NCBI GenBank assembly: GCA_965645245.1
Contig: OZ287069.1
Span: 2,976,001 to 3,040,000 of the forward strand
Length of the DNA: 64,000 nt
Direction of reading: 5' to 3'
Origin: Massalongia carnosa
Lineage: Eukaryota
The notes under the pieces are model-generated. The model searched no databases. It was not told the origin of the DNA and saw only the letters and a program-made list of their open reading frames with translations. Positions within the stretch are counted from its first letter, which is position 1; each line of letters opens with the position of its first letter. A program made the translations under genes and the position numbers. This document shows, one piece after another, positions 1 through 10,590 of the stretch.

Positions 1-882
1 GACCAATGATTAGGTGCAAGGCTTTGACGAAATTTTAAGAGCAATATCGCTTTCCACCAAGACTGTTAGTAGATTACATTAAAGACTTCACCATCAGACT
101 GATAATGCTTGACGAAATGGGCTGTAATTCAATGAGGTAGTAAATTTCTAGACAAAGACTAGTTATGGGATTGAGCTTTAGAGAAAATGTGTAATGACTG
201 AAAGAAATGTATTTCAGTTAATCAAATGCATGCAACGGAAGCTATGTGAAGAAGGATGTAATAGGAAATAATCCAAGATATTCAAATGCAAGATGATTTT
301 ATCAATTTCAGGAGGATCTACTCAGACTTTCTTAGTCAACTGGCCATTCACTGGCAAAGGAGAGAGTCAAGCGCAAGGTATTACTCTACAAGTACTATAT
401 AGGTTAGTTGAGTACCGTTTCGAATAGGGTTTCCTAAGGTATATGTTGGCATCTCAACCAACCTTGGTCGATCCTGTGTGAGCTCATTTCCTACTGTGTG
501 CAAGTCTTGAGAGTGAAGTAATGTATAAGAAGGTTCAAGACATGGCGATGGTAATGCAAGCCTTGACAAATTGGCGGTCTTCCTCATTCGATATTCCAAA
601 ATGCGATTGGACAGCCAAGACTATTAGGATTTTGCAGATGAGATTTTCATAATTGCTACAATAAACAAAGTATTGAACAATGAAACGATTGTAGCAATGT
701 CAATCCTGCCTGTGTCATAAATGTGCAAGAAGGAGTACAGAGGCGAATCTCAAAGGTAATGATAATACGCTAAAAGCTAGTGCCGTAATTTAAATTTTCC
801 GTACCGAGCAAAATTTCCCCTTTTCTTTCCCCTTTTCTCATCCCAAATCATTTACGAACCAACATTTGATCAAATCATCATC

Positions 883-2493
883 ATGGTCAATAAATCAGCT
901 GATATTTCTTTGCGGGCTCAGGTCTTGACGTTGTCTTATTGCACCCTGGCCTCAATTGAATTTATTGCAGCTACTACAGGTTATTCTGTCCCCAACATTT
1001 ATCGTATTCGTCGCATTGCCAGGGATCGAGGATTTGATCCCGCCATTTCTTTGCAGGTGCTTGATAAATATGCCCGTCATGAAGAAAAATCTGGTCGACC
1101 GAGAAAGGCTACTACTGAGAAAGAAGATGAAGTCATTGATCTAGTCATAAAAGACAGATACGCCCGTGAAAAAACCAGTGCCCAGTTGGCAAGAGAAGTT
1201 GGACTGTCCAGATGCACCGTGTGGAGAATCCTGAAACAAAGAGGCTATAAAAAAGTCAAACCGTCGTATAGACCAGGGCTTACTCCTGAAATGAAAGCGG
1301 CTAGACTGGCTTTTTGTCTCCTGTATAAAGACTGGACCGTGGAGGATTGGAAGCGGGTTATTTGGTCAGATGAAACAGCAATAGTGCTTGGTCACCGTCG
1401 CGGAGCTGTCAAAATTTGGCGTACAACCAAGGAAGGAAGAAGACCAGTCAAATCCACCGTACGTGCCAGGTGGCATGGGGCTCATGAATTCATGTTTTGG
1501 GGATGCTTTTCCTACAATTGGAAGGGGCCATGTCATTGCTGGAAACCGGAGACAAAAGCGGAAAAAGCGGAAGCCAAAACCAAGCTTGACGAGATGAATG
1601 CTGCATTGGAAGCCAGTGAGAGATTAAATTGGGAGCTGACCAATGGAATGAGACGTCTTTCAACTCGCAATTTACCAGGAAAAAAGCCGCAATGGAAATG
1701 GGATGAGGAACATGGAAAGATGATCAGAAAAGAAGGTAAAGGAGGCATTGATTGGTGGCGGTATCAAAACGTCATACTTCTGCCAAAACTGATTCCTTTT
1801 GCTCAGCAATGCAATGCAAAAAGAAGAGAAGCCGGATTGTCTGAAATGATCGTACAGGAAGATAAGGCTCCGTCTCATGCTTCCAAGCATCAGATTCCCA
1901 TCTTCTCTCGTCATGGCATCGAGCGTCTTTTATGGCCCGGAAATTCTCCTGATCTCAACATGATTGAACCCTGCTGGCCCTGGATGAAGCGACGTACAAC
2001 TGCCAAAGGTCCTCCTAGTTCTCGGTTAATTGCTGAATCTATGTGGCATCGCACTTGGGACGATCTACCTCAGGAGAATATTCAGGCATGGATTGAAAGA
2101 ATTCCACGTCACATTGCAAAAGTCATTGAATTGGAAGGTGGAAATGAGTATTGCGAAGGACGTTTGGACGTTGATGGACGGACCAAAGAAGGAAAAATGC
2201 GACTTCAACAGCTGAGGGAAGAATTGCTCAGTAATACAGCAAAACCAGCTTCTTCTTCTTCTTCTTCTTCTTCTTCTTCTGTGGCGTCAACGAGACCATC
2301 ATCCAGACAATCAAATGATGATACACCCAGCCCGTTGAATGTCAGGGCAGTTACCCCTGAGCCCCCTACACAGAAGCCATTGACACCCCCCTTATTGAGA
2401 AAAAGAGCCGTTTTATCTCCGAAAAATCACCTTCCCCCACGCATTCAGAAGGTTATTCGTACTGCAGCCAGTTTCAGACCAAAAAGACGTTGA
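883..2493 (+). CDS. Tc1-like DDE transposase, 536 aa
   Basis: HTH region with GRPRK linker, then WSDE and QED...SPDLNMIE with 34 residues between D2 and E. Uninterrupted ORF with a low-complexity C-terminal tail. Confidence 0.95.
   Translation: MVNKSADISLRAQVLTLSYCTLASIEFIAATTGYSVPNIYRIRRIARDRGFDPAISLQVLDKYARHEEKSGRPRKATTEKEDEVIDLVIKDRYAREKTSAQLAREVGLSRCTVWRILKQRGYKKVKPSYRPGLTPEMKAARLAFCLLYKDWTVEDWKRVIWSDETAIVLGHRRGAVKIWRTTKEGRRPVKSTVRARWHGAHEFMFWGCFSYNWKGPCHCWKPETKAEKAEAKTKLDEMNAALEASERLNWELTNGMRRLSTRNLPGKKPQWKWDEEHGKMIRKEGKGGIDWWRYQNVILLPKLIPFAQQCNAKRREAGLSEMIVQEDKAPSHASKHQIPIFSRHGIERLLWPGNSPDLNMIEPCWPWMKRRTTAKGPPSSRLIAESMWHRTWDDLPQENIQAWIERIPRHIAKVIELEGGNEYCEGRLDVDGRTKEGKMRLQQLREELLSNTAKPASSSSSSSSSSVASTRPSSRQSNDDTPSPLNVRAVTPEPPTQKPLTPPLLRKRAVLSPKNHLPPRIQKVIRTAASFRPKRR
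2251..2280 (+). repeat. (TCT)10 microsatellite encoding poly-Ser in the transposase tail
   Basis: Read directly from the sequence. Confidence 0.9.
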
Positions 2494-2716
2494 TTAGATG
2501 GTTGGTAATGGCATTTGTAGATAGTTGGTAGAATTTCAGGCTCGGTATGGAAAATCTAAATTACGGCGCTAGTCTTTAGCGTATTATCATTACTTTTGAG
2601 ATTCGCCTCCGTAGATTTGTCAAGATTGATACTACTATATAATACGAATACGAAGAAATGATAGGTAATCAAAGTGTTATGTGATGATAGGCTGCAACTA
2701 AAATTATGGAGCCGAG

Positions 2717-3482
2717 ATGTTTGAGTCTTCTTGTTTGGATTCAGATGCCACTGCGCAGCGTGAGGAGCTCGAAAAGGCATATTATGATCAACTGAGGGAC
2801 TGGCCTTACGGCGGCATCAGCGTTGCGACTGTTCACGCTGCTGAAGGGATAACTAGCCTCGATAACGATCACAACGATACGTTTGAGTTCCGCTTATTTT
2901 CGAGGAAGCCTTGTATAAATTCGTTGCCCTTGAATGGCCCAGTGCTACAAAAGATTGTGTTAAGGTCCCCTACACCCATCAACAAAAGTCCGGGATTTTT
3001 GATACCACGAAGGCCAGACGCTTATTACTTCACGGAAAAGGTGACCAACGCCAAAACAACGGAACAATATCAGAGCGCCGCCGTGGCAGGGGAAGATGTC
3101 ATTGCTGGATTACATCAACTATGGGTGTGTGGTCATGTTCCAGCTTCATCAAATCCTGAATAATTAACACATATAGCATGGATTCAAATTACCCTGGCGA
3201 GTTACGGTCATCAAGCTTGAAGGAGACTCGAATCTATCTGCCTTTTCACAATCAGACCAAAAGACCTCACCTACGAAGAAAAGGAATGGGAAGAAACGGC
3301 GCATTGCTATTCGAAAGAAGGCTATGTCAAGGGAAGAGAAGAAATTAAATGAGAGGAGAAGAAAAGAAGAAATAGAGGCTGCCAAGAAGGAGAAGCGTAT
3401 GAGAAAGAACAGAGAGAAGAAAGGTAAGAAAAGGCAAAGGGACAAATTAAAGAAGACTGCTATAACTCTGGAACAAGGCTGA
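2717..3482 (+). CDS. Conserved fungal protein, DUF2011-like (2 exons: 2717-3124, 3177-3482)
   Basis: Motifs FEFRLFS, LRSPTP, RRPDAYYF and AAVxGEDV. The phase-0 intron GT(3125)...AG(3176) joins to LPWRV and a basic K/R-rich C-terminus (KEKRMRKNREKK). Confidence 0.75.
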
Positions 3483-4505
3483 GAAGGTGGCATCAGTGTC
3501 AGTATTTGGTCTTGAAATGCCAGCATAGAATATTGAATCGTGTTGATTCAGGCTATTTTATGAAATGACGCACGGTGCAGCACGCCCGGATGGATGACTT
3601 CGTCCTCCCCTTTCAAATTCTATATTCTTAAGACGTCCAGCGGAACAAACTTTAAGTCTTAGATGTGTCAATTTGCGCTGTCGTCTCTATCAATGCCTAA
3701 GCTCCTCGTGGGATTTGATAGATCTCTCTCGATCCTGAGGTGTTATCTGCTATTGATTATTGATTGCCTAACAGAATACGAATCGTAACCATGTAGCACA
3801 CATCAACATGTCAGCTACCACTACTCATATATACCGAGGAAATCTACATCACTGTTATGTTGTAGGTTATGTTTAGTCATGTTGAGAACCTCATATTTCT
3901 TTTACTGGATATTTGACCTTTGGTGCTCATGTGGTATTAGTACATGGCTTGGCTATATTCATGCATTTATTCATATCGTACTGTCATGGAAAAATAGAGT
4001 CAACAGCTGGCGTTCAATTTCCCACTGTTTCCCCCTGTTCCCATTTCCTGCCATAGAAAGAAGAGCAAGAAAAGCACACGGCCTATGAATTAATTAACTT
4101 ATACGATTTCGGTGGATCCATCTTTTTACAGCGCTATAACTTTCTAGTAGCCTGGCTGGATGCTTAACTTTGTCAATGAAGTTATTCTCAGTTGACCTTT
4201 AGGGCTTTCTCCATAAGGATAAATCAACAATGATGCCTACCTATCAAATAAAGATCATCATAGTCATCATGAACACTCGACTTCAATTAACCCCGCCGTC
4301 ACTGCTTATAAAGATATTGTGAATCAAACTTTTATCATGATTCATATTGAATCTACATTAAATGTAAAATAATAAGCTTTTTAAATGCTGTGCAACTTTC
4401 CAGTTGTCATTAATCTTGGTCTTCTGCGGCAGATACACTAACTCCTTCATGGCGCTGTACTCAAGGATCCTAGAACTCAGGTCCAGCTGAATCATCTGCA
4501 TAACT

Positions 4506-6105
4506 ATGATTTTGCTCTCACCTTCTCCCACATTGATAGTGTCCCAGCTCTGCTTCACTCCAAACGGCGATGTCCTCTCAGTCTATGGGATTTGCGATCC
4601 TGGAACTTCCGTCAGCGGTTGTTGCAAGAATAACGAAGCATCCTTGGCCCATAGGACGTGTTCAAGTGTATCTGAGACTTTATGTAGTGGCAAATATACC
4701 GACAAAACCTATAGATCCAAGAGTTGCCCCCCGTATTATTTTACTGGTATGTTAGACTTCTCAACTTCTTTTCATAGTATGCGGTTTTTTAACCTACCTA
4801 GCTACAACCTTGACCCACTGCTCAAGCGAATTTATGGCATCTAGAACACTCTGCTGTGACAGTGACCAAAGCGGAGCCTGTTGCGTAGGCATCAGGGACC
4901 GATTATCTGTTCATGACAAGGTGGCCTTGATGACTTCAATGACGATAGCGCCCGCTATAACGCGTATGACTTTTATCGATGCGAACTCGTCGACATCTTC
5001 TCCTATATCTACCAAAAAAACTCCAAGAAAGGCTGTTTTGCCTTTACGATTTCACCCAACGTCCGCGTCCTCTTCGACCCTTACTTCGACTGATTCCCAA
5101 AGTAATAAATCTGGTTCCGGAAGAAAAATTGGGACTGCAATTGGAGCAGTCGCATGCATACTGTTGATCGCTTGCCTTGGGTTTTGTTTGGTTTGTAGGA
5201 GACGGCTAAAGAGGCGCCAAGAAAAGATAAGACACAATGGAGTAGAACTTAAATGTGGACCCTCATCTGAAGCGGAAGGGTTGGAATTACAAAATCCTCT
5301 TACAGATAATGCCCAAACGCCTGGGGCTGAAGAACCAGTAAGGTTTCCCTTACGCGTCCAAAGCAGATCTCAACTCAGGTCTACCCATGAATGTTCAACA
5401 AGGCCACCAGCACTACCTGGCAATATCGATAACTCAGCTCTGCCGACTTCCAGCACAAGTTCGATTGTTCACCCGGCCCTCTGGGATGCAGCATTCTTAG
5501 CCACGAGATTCCTAGAGCGTCCATCTCCTGTGCCAACACCAGACCCAATTCAGCAGTTTGCAAAAATCCCCACCCACGACGAGACTCTAAGACCTCTCAG
5601 CCTAGACGAGAATCCACTGCAGCCTTTCCCTCCAAGGTCTCCCTCAAACAGTCTCCTTTCACCAAGGTCACCTTTTACCACTTTGCGCCCAGTAAGTTCT
5701 AATCGGATGCCACCATCACCATCCAATCAGCTACATCCGTCATCAAACCAGAGAGTTCCATCACCACCCAATCAGCTACATCCGTCATCAAACCAGAGAA
5801 TTCCATCACCATCCATTCAACTCTACCCGCCGACACCTCGGATGTCCTTTAACAGCGTCCGTCCTCAAACAACTAAACAGTCAGCCAAGGAACTCGCTCC
5901 CAGCCCACCCTTCCAACCCTCCGCTCTTCACCTTTCGCAACCTCCTGGTCTAGGCATAACCCCAAGTACCATAAAAGCCGAACTACGCAACCACCCCCAA
6001 CCTCTCCAATCTAACAGTCTCATTGTCGGTTCTTCAATTCTGCCACGTCACGGGCCCACGGCAGCGCCAGCACCCAAAGCTTTTCCACTTCAACCCTGCC
6101 AATAG
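4506..6105 (+). CDS. Single-pass membrane protein: Cys-rich ectodomain, Ser/Thr stalk, TM helix, Pro-rich tail (exons 4506-4746, 4802-6105; ~514 aa)
   Basis: Intron GTATGT(4747)...TTAAC...TAG(4801) joins ORFs 4506 and 4810 in frame. TM segment IGTAIGAVACILLIACLGFCLVC is followed by RRR. The signal peptide is weak, so the gene may be degenerating. Confidence 0.6.
5713..5824 (+). repeat. 45-bp coding tandem repeat, ~2.5 copies (PSPxNQLHPSSNQRx)
   Basis: Units start at 5713, 5758 and 5803. Confidence 0.85.
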
Positions 6106-6714
6106 CACCCGCCTAGCCACGAGCTCCTCATCATCCACCAAATCAGCCATAGAAAATTTAAGGCCCGCTAAAAAACCCGTGCGGGATAAATACTAGGTTT
6201 CAATAAAAGGCTTGCTTTACATTTTGTGAGGACTGCGATATTTGCTACATTCTGCACGCTAATTGCTGAGCGATGCAAAAAATCGTTCCTGCGAGGTCTT
6301 TATTCACATCAATCACATAATAATAACCGATATGATGGACGTGACTCGATGAGTTAGTAACAATAGGATAAAGATTTTATCTTTTATCTTCTTCGGAAAT
6401 GTAAAAGAAAACCATGAATAGTCATTGATGTATGGAAGAACATGAAAATTCATGAAAATGACTTCGATAATTCATCCTCCGTCATGGCCAGATTACTTCT
6501 ACGAAAAGAAAACCTAAAGAAAGAAGTACGTAAAAAAGTTATACCAGCTAGCTCGCTATCCAGGATTAATAGTATCGAATCCCGGCTATTGCTACCCCTT
6601 TAACTTTTTTTGACAGAATGCTTAATCGATTTTTGTTTGCATGAACTTCGTTCTTTTCAAAACGCTCACTTTTTCGTGTTCAGTCTAATAGTTCCGAATG
6701 GAATATGATGTTGG

Positions 6715-6934
6715 CTCCCTTTTGCACCAGCGCTAAAAGCGGGCGCTAAATTAGCTTCATGATTAAATAATCACAAAGTTTAAATCAGCTGCAACAATGA
6801 TTATGATAACGAAGAAAAGTTTTCATTTTTAAGATAGTACGTAGTTAAATTTATAACTATCTGAACTGATGATACTTACAAAGATTTGCTTTTTCCGCTA
6901 ATCTTTTTAGTTTTAGCGCTGGTGCAAAAGGGGG
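6715..6934. mobile_element. Candidate MITE / non-autonomous DNA element (~220 bp)
   Basis: 24-bp inverted repeats CTCCCTTTTGCACCAGCGCTAAAA (6715-6738) and TTTTAGCGCTGGTGCAAAAGGGGG (6911-6934), 1 mismatch, around an AT-rich non-coding core. No clear TSD. Confidence 0.55.
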
Positions 6935-7149
6935 TGAACACGAGTAATTAAAGCAATCGACGATGCTTCTTAAGGTTGAAGATGGTGATGAGCAATCTTT
7001 GGAGCTTACTATGTATGCGACTACGTAGACTACGCAGCTTATCTATAGCATGTCTGAGCGTTAAACTCAACAACAATTTCGAACTCACAGAATAACGTCA
7101 CATTTTCATGTTTATAACATCGTCGTCGCTTGATATCTTCATGATATGA

Positions 7150-7970
7150 CCAGGAACGCTGAAATACGCCTGGGCCAAGAGAATCACATCGGAGGCACAT
7201 AACCCTCCAACACCGACACCAAATTCACCATGGGCCGAATCCCCCCCGAATCTCGCCCGAGAAATAGGGGAGGCACGCGCCGCTCATAACAAAATAACTG
7301 CTCAAATAAAAAAACTACACACATTTGCATGGCAGGCCTCGTGGAGATCATATCAGGAACGCACACCCGTTCCCACCCCGGCACAATCAGGTTCACTCTC
7401 CAAAAAACGCATCAAATTGCACGAAACTCTAGCCAAAGCGGAGAGCGCGCTAGCCATTCAGATACGCTCAGAAAAGATAAGCCTAGCCGCCTTCCTACAT
7501 AGACACCGAGTCCCAGACGTCTCGTCCCCGAACTGCTCATGTGGCTGGCACAAACAGACTGCAAAACATGATCACATGTTTTGCAAACTCAACGACAACA
7601 GAAAAACTCTCCTAAATACGATAGGCACAAACAACTATCGATTAATCACTGAGTCATCTAAAGCAATGAAATTAGTCACAAAGTGGCTAATGAAGACAGG
7701 TTTGTTGTCACAATTTTCGCTGACAGCACAGCATCTATATTGCTAACAGTAGGCATGCTTTGTTTCATTTTTCATACTTGTCTTAGGTCAAAGGTTTTCT
7801 CATGGAGCACACGGCTGGGACCCGGAGGGTCCTCGGCCGGACACAGGATTGCATGGTTTTTCTTCCTCAAAAGGTTTTCCATGTACTATAAAACTAGATA
7901 GACTCGCCCGCATGGGCCGGCCTTCGGCCGGTACCACATCGGAATAAGAATCATCATCATCATCATCATC
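7150..7970 (+). mobile_element. 5'-truncated non-LTR retrotransposon (Tad-like LINE 3' end)
   Basis: Perfect 15-bp TSD ATCTTCATGATATGA at 7135-7149 and 7971-7985. An open frame at 7150-7746 encodes an ORF2-like C-terminus (QIRSEKISLAAFL...CSCGWHKQTAKHDHMFC zinc knuckle). A 3' UTR and an (ATC)n tail follow. Confidence 0.9.
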
Positions 7971-8424
7971 ATCTTCATGATATGATCATGATTAATGTAT
8001 TCGTGAATTTTTAGTTATAAATCTCAACATTTATTTTATGTTTATAACGTGCGGAGTAATTTTACATACGTCTTGTTATTTTTGTTTAATTACATATATC
8101 TGACCGTAATTTTGAGGTTTGCGCTCAGACGTGCATTCAAAGTTATGTTAGTCAGCTGGGACGTTAATCCGAAGGAACTTAGCGAAACATGTTACCTTTG
8201 ACGACTCGTAGAGCCACGTACGTCTGAGGTACTGAGGCAACGATAAACCTGAAATCGACAAGGGCTGAATAAGGCATTCGCAGCGATTTTGCGGGATCAA
8301 TGATCGTTCAGATATCTGCCATGTAAGAATGCTTCATAATGAAGATTAGACAACTGAAACCCTATAGTTAGAGTGGTTGTAGTTATGCCCTCCTTGTCAC
8401 ACAGCCCGCACGACTGGCATTTAT

Positions 8425-10590
8425 CCCTCTCGCTGTCATTCTAGCACCCCCCTCCCAAGCTAATCTATATTGGACTAGCTTCCGCACCGATGAGTCATCA
8501 GAACATTAGTTTTCTCTAGAGTGTTTGCGCGTTTGTTTACTTTTCAAAGAATACTATTCGGTCATTCAATCAAAATAAATCACATAAATTACTATTCTTC
8601 TAGCTTCGGAATTGATTTTATAAGTATGACGCTCAATGAAGAAGAAATCCCGAGTGTATCAGACAAATCTCCCATTTCAGCGAAGCAACATAAAATAAAT
8701 CGCAAAAGAAGTGTTCGGGATATTTTAATCGACTTTCCCCCTATTTCCTCAAAATATACCCCCATTCGGGTTGAAAACAGGCCTTTTGTTCCGCTCGTTG
8801 AAAACGATTCTCGAAATCCTTTGGGATTATTTCGGTTATTTATAACAAGGCAGCATTGTCGTATCATCGCAAATCATACCAATATCAAGGCAAATAACTA
8901 CATGGAAAAGGAGAAGGAGAACAATCATCGGGTTTGGACTGACACTACTGACTCGGAAATTGAGATTTTTTTGGGCATATTAATTCTTATGGGACTCGAT
9001 CATCTACCTGCTACAGAGGATTATTGGAATCAACGTCCTGACAAACCAGTTATCATGCCTATTCTGTCCGCGATGTCGCTTGGTCGATTTCAACAAATCA
9101 AACGATTTTTGAAAATCAATAATGGACAGACTGAGCCTATCGGACTTGGTCAAGGACCTGATTGGTGGAAGAAACTGGAACCGTTGGCTACTGATTTCCG
9201 AAAGACTTCATTGAAACATTGCAGACCAGGAAGTATGATATCTATAGATGAACAGCTGGTGTTATTCAAGGGCCGTTCTCGACATACCTTGCAGATTACT
9301 ACAAAAAGTGCCCATAAAGGATTTAAAATCTACAGTCTCTGTCAGGATAATTATCTGTTGTCATTTATGTTTGCCTCGAAGAGTAGCAGAATAAGTGAAT
9401 TGAAAACAGTCAGACAATTGGGATTTTTGCCAAAAGATAAACTAACTCCTAGTGCTTTGCTAGTGATTCAGTTATGTAAAGAACTTCCATCCTCACTGAA
9501 TTATCATCTTTTCTGTGATAATTTCTTTACTAGTACGAAATTATTCAAGGCACTTCGATCAATCGGAATAGCTGCCAGTGGAACTGCTAAAAAGGGCTCG
9601 GGCTTTCCAGAAGAATTGTTGGCCATACGGGACGTCACTTCAAAAGGAAAAGACTGGGGTCTTCAGGCCCATATGGTGGTCGACGATAAGGTGCTTTGTA
9701 TGGGCTGGGTGGCTAATAATGGTGTGCAGTACATGACCACCGGTCATTCTCCTCAGGACTTGTACGAAATGCACTATATAAATCCGCACAAGAGATATGG
9801 AATTCCCGAGACCTCTCTTCAACCTATTGTATCGTATTTCCCATCAACTCTGGCTCACTCCATTCCCTTGCTCAATCAAGAGGTTCAACGGCCCTTAGGA
9901 TTACCGATACCAGCCCCAATCAAAGAATATAATCTTCATATGGGGGGATCGGATGGAAACGCTCAGCAACGAGCGATTTACTCATACAATCGTCGAACGG
10001 ATCGTTACTGGTGGCCTTTGTTCATTTTTATTTTAGATGCAGCCGGATTGAATGCCTATAAACTTTACTCGCTGAACTCTTTCGATTCCGAGGAGATAAA
10101 ATTTACTCGTTCTGAATTTCTTCGTCGGATTGCTCTTGAACTGATATCAAATCAAGCGGGCATCAGGCCCGGCTCATCAAAGATAAGCATCAATACCACG
10201 ATTGATGCTTTAGTACCATCTCCCATTCATCATTACGTTCGTCTTGAAGGCAGAAAAAGATGTGTGCAATGTAACGCCGAGAAAAAACGACCTTCAAAGC
10301 GGAAGGGAGAGCCACTGGCTGAAATAAGTGTCGATGGGCGTAAAAGAAGGCGAAGGGGTGCTCAGACTATATGGGCTTGTGGAGGATGTAATCCAATCAG
10401 GCCCTGCTGTAAGAAAGCCAGCTGTTGGGAAGCTATTCATATGATAGGGGACGAGTAAATAGGTATCTGATACTCCGTACAACTTCTTGTGAATAGGAAT
10501 AACATTGATTGGTCAAAAGTTTAAGGTTTAGCGCTTTCTAACCAACAATGGTTTAGCTTGGGGGGGGGTGCTAGAATGACAGCGAGAGGG
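8425..10590 (+). mobile_element. piggyBac-family DNA transposon, full length, 2166 bp
   Basis: ~39-bp TIRs starting CCCTCTCGCTGTCATTCTAGCACCCC (8425-8463) and their reverse complement (10553-10590). Flanks are TTAT (left) and ATAG (right). Encloses a piggyBac transposase. Confidence 0.92.
8626..10458 (+). CDS. piggyBac (PGBD/DDE_Tnp_1_7) transposase; first ATG at 8626 within ORF 8521-10458
   Basis: Motifs MSLGRFQQIKRFL, SIDEQ, DNFFTS and YNxHMGGSD, plus a C-terminal Cys-rich domain (RCVQC...CGGC...C...CW..IH). No stops or frameshifts. Confidence 0.93.
   Translation: MTLNEEEIPSVSDKSPISAKQHKINRKRSVRDILIDFPPISSKYTPIRVENRPFVPLVENDSRNPLGLFRLFITRQHCRIIANHTNIKANNYMEKEKENNHRVWTDTTDSEIEIFLGILILMGLDHLPATEDYWNQRPDKPVIMPILSAMSLGRFQQIKRFLKINNGQTEPIGLGQGPDWWKKLEPLATDFRKTSLKHCRPGSMISIDEQLVLFKGRSRHTLQITTKSAHKGFKIYSLCQDNYLLSFMFASKSSRISELKTVRQLGFLPKDKLTPSALLVIQLCKELPSSLNYHLFCDNFFTSTKLFKALRSIGIAASGTAKKGSGFPEELLAIRDVTSKGKDWGLQAHMVVDDKVLCMGWVANNGVQYMTTGHSPQDLYEMHYINPHKRYGIPETSLQPIVSYFPSTLAHSIPLLNQEVQRPLGLPIPAPIKEYNLHMGGSDGNAQQRAIYSYNRRTDRYWWPLFIFILDAAGLNAYKLYSLNSFDSEEIKFTRSEFLRRIALELISNQAGIRPGSSKISINTTIDALVPSPIHHYVRLEGRKRCVQCNAEKKRPSKRKGEPLAEISVDGRKRRRRGAQTIWACGGCNPIRPCCKKASCWEAIHMIGDE

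Larger units (their letters stand above)
738..2611 (+). mobile_element. Tc1/mariner (DD34E) DNA transposon, full length, 1874 bp
   Basis: 72-bp imperfect TIRs at 738-809 (CAGAGGCGAATCTCAAAGGTAATG...) and 2540-2611 (7 mismatches). TA target duplication at 736-737 and 2612-2613. Encloses a transposase ORF. Confidence 0.95.

Noticed and set aside
381..599. 72-aa minus-strand ORF at the window start
   Set aside because: Non-ATG start, no recognisable motif and no consistent exon structure.
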